Part shown: positions 1-13,348 of the stretch, piece after piece | Layout: every line of letters starts with the position of its first letter | Numbering within the stretch: position 1 is the stretch's first letter | Source of the DNA: Octopus sinensis | Taxonomy: Eukaryota | Reading direction: 5' to 3' | DNA: 64,000 nt | NCBI RefSeq assembly: GCF_006345805.1 | Contig: NC_043008.1 | Location: 39,556,001-39,620,000 of the forward strand | Notes under the pieces: model-generated | Told to the model about the DNA's origin: nothing | The model's input: the letters and a program-made list of their open reading frames with translations, nothing else | Database searches by the model: none | Position numbers and translations under genes: made by a program

Positions 1-733
1 CATACATACACGCACACATATATACATCCTATCAGTATGTGTGTACACTTCTCTGCATATACATGTAAGCACTTATTTATTATGAATAAATGTATTTATG
101 TATATTTATGTGCTTGTCTGCGAATACATATATGCGTGCGTCAGGACCTTCATGAAATACTTTTCCTATGCATATATGCACTCATATTTATATCAATCAC
201 AAAACAACCGATTAAACATATCCCAATACGTGTTTACTGAGACCACAATGTATTTTCTATATTCTCTTCGTTCCAATATTACAATAATGATTTCAATATT
301 TTGAATTAGCAGAACACAAATTATATAACAATAATACAATAGTAAGAAAAATACAATAGTGAAAAAAAGAATTTTAAATATCGAAACTACCCTTCGAACG
401 GCTTCAGGTAAAATTCACACAGTTATTCATATATTCGAGTATAATAGTAGATACGTGTACATATTTGCACGAGTTGATATTAATTTCACTTTCTCGGGTA
501 ATACATTATTGGAAGATAATGGAAGATGATATTAATCGTATACGTCTGTGTGTATGTGTGTATAGAACGTGTATGATGTGTGAACATGTGCATGAAGACA
601 CACATAAATATGCACACGCACACAGAAACACACATATCTTATGATTTATATTCATTCATAGTATATGCTTGCTCCTTTGTTGATGTGCAGCACCCGATGT
701 TTTATATTATATATATATATATAAATGTATATG

Positions 734-769
<36 letters not shown>

Positions 770-1086
770 GTAGGTGGTGATGACAGTTTTTGTACAATGT
801 AGGAATTGAAGGAAGAGCGGTCTACACAGGCAATAGAATTGAATGTTATTAATATAGTAAAGAAGTTCTATTAGGAGTATAAATGTTACTAAGATAGTGT
901 ACCGGCCTAGTTAGAGCTACGTTAGGTTTCGAAATCTATATTTGCAGACAATTATTTGCAACCTACCTTTCCACTCCATCTTATTTGCGGCTGATGAGAT
1001 ATCCATAGGCATTGAACAATGGTTTGCGAATATGGATTTCAAAGCATAAGGGTATTCATCTGGACCAGTACACTATATTATTAATA

Positions 1087-1639
1087 TCATTATTATTGTT
1101 ATTGAGTGAGAGAGCAGTGCATGCCATCAAAGTGATACTGGGGTAAAATATACGAAGCCCAGTATACCCATCATGACTATCCGTCTGATAAGGGTACATC
1201 AGGCACATGCATCACAACCATATGTGCGCGACATGGTAATCTCTTATCAAGAAAAACAGCACAAGATCTTTCAGGTGGGGCCCAGTAAGAACTTTCTTCT
1301 GGTCGAGTAACTCATCCCGCTCAAAATTTCCCTGAATAAGGGTTGTTTAAGGATGTTGAACGAAACACCCATTTTTCGAGAGGTGAATTATTCAAACCCC
1401 AAAGAATCCCTCTCAACACGGCCATGATGCTCCCCTACTACTTCTGCTCATGATCAGAGAGGCACATATCGTCAGCCACTAAGGGATATGCTCAACTGGT
1501 TAAGGTCAAGCAACTGACAAGCAAATCTTTGCTGTAGCCCATCTTTTATACCAAGACAAAACAATGTACATGATAATACTTTCAATCAGTTAAGATCAGA
1601 AGCCACGAGAACCAGTGCCTGGTACTTCATCTGGGCATT

Positions 1640-1640
<1 letters not shown>
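1087..1640 (-). mobile_element. Probable non-autonomous retroposon-like interspersed repeat between (TAT)n and (CAT)n tracts
   Basis: ~550 bp higher-GC non-coding block bounded by TAT-rich and (CAT)n microsatellites, with an AAT-type tail on the minus strand. Single copy in the window; recognised only from memory of octopus repeats. Confidence 0.35.
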
Positions 1641-1671
<31 letters not shown>

Positions 1672-2419
1672 TATCATTAGTATTATTTATAACTAACCTA
1701 TCCCTGTGCGCGCAAGCGAACGTAGGATATTATAACCACTCGTATTTCTAGGTCTCTCAGCGTGTTTGCATCATTACTGGACAACAGAAGAACAGATTTT
1801 CAGTAAATTTGGCATAAATGCTCATTAGGTGAGTGGCTCACAATGAAGAAAATTTGGTGTGTGTGTGTGTGTGTGTGTGTACAGAGAGGGATTTGAGAGT
1901 CTCTTTTATTTACGCGTTGATTTCTTAATTTCACCGGAGTTAAAATACCTATAATGATGATACTTAAAATAAAATTAACAAATTCAGTTTAGTTATAGCG
2001 CATGGTTAAGCAATGCATTGCAAGCCTCACTATAATTTTCGAAAACTTTTTCTGCGCGCAGGATATGCACCGCCCCTCCGATGCCTTTGTTCCTTCTTCT
2101 TCTTCTTCCTATTATTATTATTTTTATTATTATTGTTATTATTATTATGATTATATATTTTTATGCTTACATACAGCATATGATTATCTGTTGCACGTAA
2201 GCATGCATTTCTTCTACTTTGAATGCATACGTTTGTTTCTGAGTGTTCTAATATCTTTGTATTTACCAATTTTATTTCCACCATCTTTCACTCTAATTTT
2301 TCCTTCGAATTCTTTCATTTACTTGTAGCATTGTGGAATTCCTCTCACTGATTCGGAAATACTTCTTCATTCACTCGCTCTTTTACTCATCCGTACTTCA
2401 TTCACAAGACCCACCTTCT

Positions 2420-2508
2420 CTCTGTTTGGCTGTGTTCTTATTTCTTTCTTTCTTTCTTTCTTTCTTTTTTATCTTTCCTTCTTTTCTTTCTTTGTTTCTT
2501 TCATTCAT

Positions 2509-2539
<31 letters not shown>

Positions 2540-2680
2540 CTCTTTCTTTTCTTCTTTCAGTCTTTCTTTCTTTTTTCTTTTTATCTTTCCTTCTTCTTTC
2601 TTTCTTTCTTTCATTCATAATTCTTTCTTTCTTTTATTCATTCATTCATTCTTTCTTTCTTTCTTCCTTCTTCTTCTCTG
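2420..2680. repeat. (TTTC)n-type pyrimidine microsatellite
   Basis: Directly visible; explains the F/L/S-rich ORF 2333-2620. Confidence 0.9.
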
Positions 2681-3697
2681 TCTGTCACTCTGTGTCATTG
2701 ACTCATTCTTAATCACCCACTGTGACCACCACAAACACTTGTGCTAATGCTCATAGGCAAGACACTGCGAAGAATATAGACTTGGTACTATAGAAAAAAT
2801 ATTCATTGTTTATGATTATCGAATAAATTTTAATCTTACAGATTGTCCCAGCAGCAGAAACAAAAAAAAAATATTAATAATAACACCAACATTTGCAACA
2901 TCAACTTCAATAAAAGCGACATCATCATCTACAACATGAACAGATAACAAAAAACAAGCGCTGGATAGAACAGAATTAACAATAAGAGGAGAAATTTAGT
3001 GATTTCTAATATAAGTGCAATGCTACACATATGGCGATGAGAACAGTTGATTAGATAGGCATCACCAGTATATGAATAAAAGCTATTTTAACCTCCAAGG
3101 TAGGATTTCAAATTAGACCTTAATTAGAAATCGCCATGCATTGTGAACGGTACTCTACCATTTAGCCTGTGACACACTTTTGTTCAAGTTTATCAACCCG
3201 CTACTTAACTTCAATGGTTTTGGAAGATGTGAAACAGATGAACTTAAAACGCTATCTCGCGGCAATTGAAATAAAAAGGTCATATTTTCATTCCTCTGCA
3301 TTATACTGTTTTGAATATCAGAGAAATAGTCAACTGATTGAAATGATCCTTTCCTGGTTTTATTTATACTCGTTTATATGTAGGTCTCAATGAGTGAAGG
3401 ATTTTCTTATCATACCAAAAACCAGGCATTGAGTTGGATTTTCTGTGATCCTGCAACGAAACTTCATTCACATCGCCGCACTTCTAATATTTGAATTTAA
3501 ATGATTTTATTTCTTACTGAGTATAGAGAAGTGGGAAGAGATTGAGGCCTTTGATTTTCCTTTCGAATTTAACATTTGCCTTATAAGCACATGGTCGAAA
3601 TATATAGTATAATAAATTACGTTGTACAGTAACTTAACATTATATATATACACGCACACAGACACAAGAACGTACGCGCATATATATACACACATGG

Positions 3698-4200
3698 TGA
3701 CTACCACCTCGTTATCGAGTATGGCCATTGCACGAAGCTTAATCAATGTTGTTATCATGCAATGCCTGTGCAAGAAGATTTTGTTTTAAAGTGAGGAAAG
3801 GCTGTGCACTGAGTCAATCCCACTAACTAAGTCACAGCAGCCATAATCCGAAAAGAAGAACAAGTCAACATCATCGGTAACTACTGAGCCGCATGTTTTA
3901 TGTCGGAGTTATCCCAGTTACCTGAGTTAACATCTCCTAGAAGGATGCCCTAACAAAGGCTAGGAGTCCTTCACTCCCAATGGTTTAACCGCGCGATCGG
4001 GTATTCAGTCCGATTATTTCTATGTCCCTCGCATGATACAGCCTTAATTCATTTATTGGATGGCCGTTGACTCTCAAGAGTTCCTCCGCCCTTTGACGTG
4101 TTTTGTTTTTCATCCCGCAGGGTGTCCAATAAACACCTTCCTCACCAAGCAAGCTTGGTGGGGTTGCCGGTTTAGTCGCCGACGTTCCGACCATGCGGTC
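3698..4200 (-). mobile_element. Internally deleted RTE-type LINE derivative (5' UTR-like part joined to 3' tail)
   Basis: The minus strand ends in CTTCGTGCAATGGCCATACTCGATAACGAGG, a 31-nt identity with the tail of the RTE-like fragment at 9489-9519. The upstream part resembles RTE 5' UTRs (recall). No RT-coding sequence lies between. Confidence 0.45.
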
Positions 4201-4313
4201 ACATATTGTATATATGTTATATATATATATGTAGATATATATATATATATATTATATATATATATATATTATATATATGTATGTATTGTATATACATACA
4301 CACACACACACAG

Positions 4314-4358
<45 letters not shown>

Positions 4359-4743
4359 AATGCCCATACGCAGACACACACAGAACTAGAAATCATGATT
4401 TAAAAGATGAAATAAGTGAAATAAAAATGCAACTAAACAAAAATTTACAAATAAAAGAACAGTAATGACAGGGATAAAAAAAAAGTAAACTCTTATTCTG
4501 TTGTTTTCGTTTTTTCTTTCACCCAGTATTGAATAAAATTATTCTCACTTTCTTTTGGTCTCGTCTCCAAATTTATATTGACATTAAACGATGATTTATG
4601 CAATTATAATTATTCACAATTATTCTATAATGAAACTATTTACACATGAAAAATTGTAAAGAAAAACCAAATTTAAAGTCATAACGAGGAATGGAACTGA
4701 CCGCCGCATATATATGTGTGTGTGCGCGTGTTTATGGACACAT

Positions 4744-5057
<314 letters not shown>

Positions 5058-6710
5058 GATAGAGAATTGCTTTTGCGATGTTTTCTAGTATTTATTTGTG
5101 TGCTTGTGTTATATTTGCTTTCTTTTATTGTTTTATTGTGCTTCTGTTTTTTTATACATTTGTTTCAATGTTTGGTCGTATTTTTGTTTGAATTTTACGT
5201 TATTCTTTTTAATTGATAATTAATACAAGATAACAACTTTAATCACGATATCCTCCTCGCCATTAATTAAAATTGAATGAAAGAAGGCATAAGTTACACA
5301 CACACACACAGGCGGATGCTTACACACATATACACATATTTAAACAAACAGAAGTATACAATACACGCATATGTGAATGTTTTTAATTTCAGATTCATTA
5401 GAAAAAGCTAAAAAATTATATTCTAAAATTTTCAAAAAAATTACTCAGTTTTAAAATATTCACTTTCTTTTATTAAGTTATAATACACTAAATTACATTA
5501 ATAAGTTGATATGAATAGGAGTCAATCATGGCCTTCCCACTATAAATCACAGAGTGCACTTAATAAAATAGGGGTAGCTATAGGAACAAATACTCTATTT
5601 ATTAAATACCCAGTGGGTTACCAACAACATAGCCGTTGCTTTTAGTAGACATTAAAACCGAAATCGGTTAAATCATATTCGTCTTCGCTGAAAATAGTCA
5701 CGTTTATGCAGACTTCATTTCCCTACATATAGATAAAAGGAAGCAAATTTTCCTTCTTTTAAAAAACGAAGAAAAAGATTATATTGTCTTGTTGTTCCTT
5801 TACACACTAAAAAAATTAAATGGGCAAGAACCGCTGTCTATAAGTATGTAGTCTTTCTCTAAGAGACACTTTGTCATAACATTGACTACTGTACAGTACT
5901 TTGTTTGGACTCATACAAATTATGTACGTTCTATCATTTTAGGTATAAAATAAATAATTTTCTTTATATATTACTGGTTGACTTTCTGCGGAATTTTACA
6001 TGACTAAATTCCAGAAGGCTATGGCTCTTTACGTAGAATAGTTTAAGCAAAACATATGTCAATAAGGTGAAACACAATCTTGAGCTAAACAAAGATACGC
6101 ACATATCCAAGGGTACCAGCATAACACCGACTGTCTACCATACAATTTCAATTTCCCTCACATTTGGCACCATCATAGATACAATCTACCACGCGTCACC
6201 AAAAACTGCTGGTAGACTGATCCTCAACATGCACTCAGACCTTCACCAGACGTGTCATTTACACAAGAGGTGTAATGGTACCTCACTTTGTAAGTTAGCA
6301 GTTTTCGAACTCCAGCAGTCAGCTAACAGAACGTTTTCGTCAAATTCTCTACCGCGCAATCGTACCTGTAGTGACTCAAGAACAGTGTAACACTACCGCC
6401 AACAAGAAATATTGCTAGACCAAGTACTTCTGGGACCTATGTATACGATTTGGATTGAAGTTTAATAGAAAAAAGTGCTCACCTGATCGTCGTTGATTCC
6501 CAGTGTCCTTCCAACTTTGTCAGTGCTCTTACTATCAACAATATATAGTCTGTAAGAATATGGGTATTCAAAATTGCAAATTTAATTTGCACATACCTAG
6601 TGTTTGTTTAAATGTTACAAACATTTTCATTTAGTTTTGTTCAGTATTTCTGGCGACTCATCATTTTTGTTTTGAGTTTTTGTAATTTCATCAATGTGCT
6701 CAAAAAGTTG

Positions 6711-6846
6711 TGTCTGGGGAGAGTCATTTCCTTTTTGTGCCTTATAATGTAACACACTCACCGGTAAAATTTCCACTTATTTCTTAATTTTACCGGTGAG
6801 TGTGTTACATAATAGGGCACAAAAAGAAAATGACTCTCCCCAGACA
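6711..6846. repeat. Inverted repeat (61-bp arms, 14-nt spacer)
   Basis: 6711-6771 is the reverse complement of 6786-6846 with 3 mismatches. Confidence 0.9.
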
Positions 6847-7026
6847 AAACAGAATACGCATCAACACACGAACTCATATAAAGAATCTTGCAAACCAAAT
6901 CCCAAAACGAAATACTCAAAAAGTATTCTCCAGAAAAGATGGAGGGGTATGCACTACTACTGCATTTTCGAACAGTAGGTCTTACCACTAAATTACTCGA
7001 AAACCCCATACTGTTATGCAAGTAAA

Positions 7027-7215
7027 CGGCGGAGGGCGAGCTGGCAGAAATGTTAGTATACTGAGTAAAATGCTTAGTGGTATTTCGTTCGGCTTTGGGT
7101 TCCGTGTTAAAATTCCACCGCGGTTCATTTTACCTTTCATATTTTCCGGGTCGATAAAAGAAATACAAGTTGAACACAGATCGATGCAATCGATTAGTGC
7201 CTTCCATAAAATTGC
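7027..7215 (+). mobile_element. tRNA-derived SINE, family A (GGCGAGCTGGCAGAA head; TTTCATCCTTTCGGGGTCGATAA-type core), decayed
   Basis: Head and core are shared with copies at 8.9, 22.0, 28.4, 48.8 and 60.8-62.0 kb. Confidence 0.75.
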
Positions 7216-7397
7216 CGGTCAGAATACAATATAAAAATAAAATATATACACAAATATTCAAAAGAATATATTATTTGCACGTGTTTTATTAGGGAGTGGG
7301 CATTCAAAAGTTTAATATATAAACTTTAAAGATATAACGGGTAAAGATATAAGAAAACTTTAACGATATGATATAACAATTTATTAACTATTATATA

Positions 7398-7549
7398 GGC
7401 GTGGGTGTGGCTGCGTGGTAAGTAGGTTCCTTACGAACCATTTGGTTCCGGGTTCAGTGCCACTGCGTGGCACTTTGGGCAAGTATCTTCTACTATAGCC
7501 TCGGGCATTGTGAGTTGATTTGGTTGACGGAAACTGAAAGAAACCCGTA

Positions 7550-7599
<50 letters not shown>

Positions 7600-7812
7600 G
7601 TATGTGTGTGAAAATGCTTGTGTGTCTGTGTTTGTCCCCCAACCGATGCTGGGGTGTTTACGTCCCCGTAACTTCACGGTTCGGCAAAAGCCCGATAGAA
7701 TAAGTAATAGGCATACAAAGAATAAGTCCTGGGGTCGATTTACTCGACTAAAGGCAGTGCTCCAGCATGGTCACAGTCACATGACTGTATCAAGTAAAGG
7801 AGTAAAAGAGTA
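7398..7812 (+). mobile_element. tRNA-derived SINE, family B (CORE-like CTT(T)GGGCAAGT motif, internal microsatellite, CR1-like tail)
   Basis: GTGGCTGCGTGGTAAG...GGTTCAGTGCC head; tail CCAGCATGGTCACAGTCACATGACTG followed by (GTAAAAGA)n; many homologous copies in the window. Confidence 0.8.
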
Positions 7813-8880
7813 AAAGAGCTGAAATAGGAATCTTCCTTAGATTTCTATTTGAAACTTTTCCTCTCATAATGATAATAAGAGTAACAGCCGCAATCAATCC
7901 AGGTTTGTTTTGATCACGAAAATATAGACAGAGTGTACAAAATAAGCGATTGATAGTGTATCTAAAACTCTAACCTTTCTGCCAACTTCTCTTGTGTGAA
8001 AGCAAATATTTTATGGTAAGCCAAAACACAGAACATTGCATAACATTACGAAACAAACGAAAATATTGTATAGATAAATGAGGGGAAAAAAAAACAATTG
8101 TTATATTTCGACTTATTTGTTTTGCTTTTTCATCCACCAACTTCTCTCTATCTCTATCTCTATCTCCATCTCTCACTTTGCTTTCTTTACCGCCTTCAGG
8201 CAGAATGGTAAACATCATGCTTCATTCGTTTGAAAGTATTTCCTTTTAATGCCAGATTTCGTTATGCTATCTAGCACTTTACCATAGTTGGCGAATGCAG
8301 TTTTACGCATCAGCATATGTTGCCATCCAGCGAAAGATGAGTAAACTTACAACCGATATAAGAAGCTAAGCTATGTTTATCATGGATGTTATTATATTTT
8401 TACCATTCTTTTGTTTATATTTTCTTACTTCCTTCTCCTTCCGTTTCTTGTATTATTACGGTTTACACCTTTATGGATAATTAAGAATACCAGGGGAAGC
8501 TGATTCGATGATCTAAATATGTTTGTTATTAGGGAGTTTTCTTAAAGAACCACTATTTTATTATTTCGCCAACTTTTCACATTGATGGAGTGGAACGAAC
8601 AATGAAGTAAACGCGATCGTAAGCAATTTCTACAACGGACGATGTACTAAAAATATTGGTTGCGCTAACACATGTGTTCTAATTTATGGCTCATACGACA
8701 CATATTTACATAGGAATTGGAATAGATGCAGGTAGCACAAACATGCACACCTCTCGCACCACCCCTATACGAACATAGACGCACATATACACACACACAA
8801 ATATATTTATATGTACATGTATATATATATATTGAGAGATAAACACAAACACCCGCGTGCACCCACACACACATACATCA

Positions 8881-9066
8881 AGGCAGCATGATGGCAGAGT
8901 GGTTAGTACGCGCGGTATAATTTTGTCTGTCTTTACATTCTGTGTTCAAATTCCAGCGAGGCGGACTTTGCCTTTCATCCTTTCGGGGGTCGATAATATA
9001 AATATCAATTGCAATCGCCTTACCCCTTCCTCAAGAATATGGTGGCCTTTTGTCAGAAATTGAAAC
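8881..9066 (+). mobile_element. SINE family A, decayed
   Basis: GACTTTGCCTTTCATCCTTTCGGGGGTCGATAA core. Confidence 0.7.
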
Positions 9067-9094
9067 CAATGTATGTATGTATGTATGCACATGA

Positions 9095-9530
9095 GAAAGT
9101 AAGGAGGGATGTCAGGAAGGGCATCGCTGTTACACTTCCAGAAAGGAAGGGTCTCCTTTAATGCTGACATACAATGTCTGTGCAAGACCCTGCCTCAGTA
9201 AAGCTGGACTCAAGAGTCATCTTCGTAGTCACAAAACGAGACAGATGAGTGACAACCTGGCCACTGGTGGTGGTGTAACACACCATACTAATCATATCTG
9301 TCGGGCATGTGGAAGAGAGTGTAATTCGGCAGGACGAATTAAACGACATGCGAAGGTACGTGAAGCCCAGTTACAACTACGGCCGGCTATTACCAGTAAA
9401 GTTTTAGTTGCCAATTTTGTACAAGACATTGTAGATCTTTAGCTGGGCTAAAAAGTTACATTCGATCACAGCACCAGTAACAGTTAAACTTCGTGCAATG
9501 GCCATACTCGATAACGAGGGGGCAGCCATA
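9095..9530 (+). mobile_element. 3' fragment of an RTE-type LINE: C-terminal C2H2-like zinc fingers plus 3' tail
   Basis: ORF 9161-9442 encodes (Y)NVCARPCLSKAGLKSHLRSH and HICRACGRECNSAGRIKRH, typical of the RTE ORF2 C-terminal CxxC..H..H motif. The tail is shared with the 3.7 kb element. Confidence 0.55.
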
Positions 9531-10211
9531 ATAATTTATGTATGTATGTATGTATGTATGTATGTATGTATGTATGTATGTATGTATGTATGTATGTATG
9601 TGTGTGTGTGTGTGTGTGTGAGTGTGTGTGTTAGCAAAAGAAACAATGTATACGGGTGGCTTTAGATGTATTTAATAATAGTTGGACACAGAATCAGGGG
9701 ACTCTACGTTTCGTGGGCGCCGTAGTAATTTATACATAGAGATAACAAAAGCTGATGGTATTGGGTTATAAGTGAAGTTGCATGCCCGGCATGGGTATTA
9801 TATGGGCTGGAATGTTTACATATATGAGCGTCCACTTGGATTGGTTCTCAGCTGCTAAACTATTGAAGTTCTTTATCAGGGTATACTCCTGGTGGTGGCA
9901 ATAAGACGGCTCATTCTTCCAGCTGGTAGATACGGCATGTTGTTGGTGGATGTTTATTTCACTCTCTGTTTAAATAAAAATGTATCTACATATATGTATA
10001 TGGATGTACTTATATATGTTTCAAAACACTCATACACACACACACACACAAACTATATGAATATATGTGCGTGTGTTTGTGCGTGTGTGCATGTATGTTT
10101 CAGAATTTAAATCAAAACTAACTCTCTCAATTTGTCCTCAAGTATAGTAAATTTTGAGGAAATACATTCAAATGAAACCGGAAGCAGGCAGCCATAGTTG
10201 CAAAGCGTATG

Positions 10212-10957
10212 TTTGATTGATTGATTCTAGTTTCAGCTTATGAGCTGTGGCCATGCTGGGACACCGCCATTTGGTTTGCTACTTGGTTTCACTTCATGGA
10301 GGCTTTCTCTAGCAGCTCTATTTGGTGCATGAGAGAGTTCGATGCAGCTGCCCTCATCTGCCCCTCCTGCCGTGAAGTTGGTTCATCTGGGACACCTGAC
10401 AGGAAGAGATCCAGCTTCATTTTAAAGACATCTGTATCCACCCCATGCAGGTCTCTCAGGTTCTTCGGGAGGATATTGAAGAGCTGTGGGCCTCGGAAGC
10501 CCAGGCTATCACAGTATCTTGTCCTACATCTTGATGGCAGGTTTGGAGTCCTAGCACCACGCAGTGGCGCCCAGTTCTGGCATTTGCGTAACTCTCGATG
10601 CCAAAGTTCAGGACACTTCCCTCCAGGATCTTCCAGATGTATATTATGGCATATCTTTCCCGCCTACGCTCCAGGGAATATAATTTTAATCTCTTGAGTC
10701 TTTCCCAGTAGCTTACATTCTGCATAGAGGCTATCTTCTTTGTGTAGCTTCGTTGGATCGCCTCAAGTTCTGTGATCAACTTGACACTGGATGGTGACCA
10801 TAGCTGAGAGCAATAGTCAAAGTGGCTTAGGACAAGTGTCTTCCAGAGGACCATCATGGTTTCTTGTTCTCTTGTTCTAAAGGTTCTAAGAATCCATCCA
10901 GCCAGCCGTCTACATTTCATTGTCAGTTTAGCAACATGTACATGAAAGGTCGCGTCA
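10212..10957 (-). mobile_element. 5'-truncated CR1-group LINE (C-terminal part of ORF2, 3' UTR and (TCAA)n tail)
   Basis: ORF 10456-11016 encodes GWILRTFRTRE...LVLSHFDYCSQLWSP...LEAIQRSYTKKI..SYWERLKRLKLYSLERRRER, characteristic of CR1/L2-group ORF2. Homologous to 17.98-18.3 kb. Confidence 0.85.
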
Positions 10958-11310
10958 TGTGTGTGTGTGTGTGTGGTTACAATGCTTTCTATTATATAGC
11001 AAAAAGCTGAAAACACATCCCTACGTAAGAAATCAAGAATTTATTGTCAACAATTTTATTGCAGAGTAAGCAAAACAAAACATTGCTTTTTCAACACCCT
11101 AGCAGGAGTAAATATATCAATACTCATTGAATATTTCGTCGTAAACAACAAAAGTATTATTCTCAATGGAGTTTAACAATAGAACAAAATAAGTACGTGA
11201 AGTCACGAAGTCGCAGGTTAGCTAATCTTCTGTACAAACGGTACGTAGTGCAGTTTTACTAATAGGTCTGTGCCAACATATATATATATATATATATGTA
11301 TATATGTGTG

Positions 11311-11436
<126 letters not shown>

Positions 11437-11457
11437 ATGTATATATTTGGTAAAATA

Positions 11458-11760
11458 GAAAGATGAATAATCTTGTTGCAGATTAATCAAAAGTTAAACC
11501 GTTACCTTGGTAGCAAAAATCACGGCAGAAGAAAGCACGGTTGGAGATAAAACCTTTTGGTGCTGCAACGTGCGTTGGTGCGGATAATTGAATTTTAGTA
11601 TTATTAGTGAATTGAAGAAATGGAGTTGAACGAAGATTGAGCAGAATTCCTTTTATTGCATTCTACACATGTTTCAAAAGCCACAATTTTCCAAATTCCG
11701 ATTAAATAAGGATCCCATATTGTGGCTTTCTCTCTTCAGGAAAAAATAGGAATTCCGTTG
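11458..11760 (-). mobile_element. Putative Penelope-like terminal-repeat remnant beside (TA)n
   Basis: Contains a hammerhead fold; parts recur at 33560-33636 and 44945-45105. Confidence 0.55.
11644..11755 (-). ncRNA. Type I hammerhead ribozyme-like motif, probably slightly decayed
   Basis: Minus strand reads UUC-CUGAAGA-GA-GAAAGCCACAAU...AUUGUGGCUUUU-GAAAC-AUGU-GUA/GAA. Distal stem I is GAAUUCCU/AGGAAUUC. Confidence 0.6.
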
Positions 11761-12278
11761 GCAGAACAAAACAGAACAGAGGCGCAGCAAAGCAATTTGA
11801 ACGAGGCGGCTCTTTAAGAGCCCATGGGTGACTGATTATCAATGTACGTTGAAATCGGGTGGTGGGTGCGTTGAAGATATTTACAGGTCAGGCGGCGGTC
11901 AAATCCAGTAGGTGAGAGCAATGGGTGTGGAGATGTTCTGTGTGACCAAAACTAAAATTGAATATTTTAAAGAATACTGGGTGTATTTTTTGGGGGCGAG
12001 ACAAAAAATACCTAGAAGCATGTATGTGTGTACTGGCCTATTGGTGCGCGGCCGTATGTTGGTAAAGGCGCTACTTAATGGTCCTCTGCTGAAAAAATTC
12101 GTCAGGCGGCAGAAAATATTTTTTGTGTACGTGTGTTCGTCTAGGCCTGCTTGTCAAAAAATTAACGTCGTCAAAGAATCCTAAGGGTATATAAAATTCC
12201 AGCTTTTGCTTCAAAAACAAAACATCATTCGCTAATGGGAGTAATTTCCCTTGCTAGGGTTATTCATATATTCTTACA

Positions 12279-12538
12279 AAGCTTTTTCAAAAAATTATTT
12301 CCAAGGATTATTTTCATTCCAAGGATTATTTTCAAAGTACAATCTTTGTGTCTCTGAGCTTTTCCACATATTGTTCGCCAGAGACCGGTTGGTAAACGGA
12401 CTTTTACAGTCGGCTTTTCGATGTCCCCATTGGCGGCGTTATACTTATCTTGCTTATAAATGATACCTTAGACAATTAGCAACCTGTCACACCACTAAAA
12501 TGAAAATAATCCTTGGAAATAATTTTTTGAAAAAGCTT
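12279..12538. repeat. Perfect 40-bp inverted repeat with 180-bp spacer (MITE-like or foldback)
   Basis: 12279-12318 is the reverse complement of 12499-12538; an internal direct repeat TTCCAAGGATTATTTTCA occurs twice. Confidence 0.85.
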
Positions 12539-12917
12539 CAAATACATACACATATGTGTATGTATATATATTCTTTAAGCGTTACAGTATACACACATGC
12601 ATATCTATATAATTACTCATGTATACACACGTATAGCACATAGACATTAAGAAATGTATTTGTGTGTGTGTTCGTGTGCGTATGCAGTGCAGGTATGAAC
12701 AAAGTTTTCGTTTCATAAAACTGTTCTTGATGGCTCTCATTCCATATCCTCAGTGGAATATTCAATACTTCATTTAACATAATGGTATAAAATACTGAGT
12801 GACCCTTAATTTTATTTCAGTGTTGAATAGAGATACGCATACACACACATATTTTATTATGTATATATGTGTGAGTGCGTGCATGAGTGTGTATGTGTGT
12901 GGGTGTGTGTGCGCATG

Positions 12918-13185
12918 TATACACGTACCTTAGTGCTTATGGTGCTGAAATCACCATCGCTAGATGACGTGTTCCATCCCGGATATAATGGCGATTTATG
13001 TTCTTGAGCAAAACACTTAATTTCACGTAGCTCCAGTCCACTCTGCTGTAAATGGGTAATACTGCTACGGACTAACTTTCTGGCGAAGAGGAATGCTGGT
13101 CTGCTCACTTGGTCAATGGGATCGCATCTTTCGAAAGGTGAAGCCGATTCAAAAGCGCGTTGTGACAAACGCTGTATAAAATTCA
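12918..13185 (+). mobile_element. SINE family C (TTCTTGAGCAAAACACTT core), decayed
   Basis: Core shared with copies at 22.7, 37.8 and 63.0-63.4 kb. Confidence 0.65.
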
Positions 13186-13239
13186 ATAGTCTGGTCGATC
13201 GTACACACGCGCACACAGACACACAGACATAGACCCCCC

Positions 13240-13321
<82 letters not shown>

Positions 13322-13348
13322 TAGGAACAAAAACGAAAGATTTCGTGA

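Noticed and set aside
6067-6390. 107-aa ORF as a gene or transposase
   Set aside because: No recognisable motif; the sequence looks like a decayed non-coding repeat.
9161-9442. Host C2H2 zinc-finger gene exon
   Set aside because: Finger spacing lacks TGEKP-type linkers, the first Cys is mutated, upstream stops are present, and it is followed by a retroelement tail shared with another repeat.
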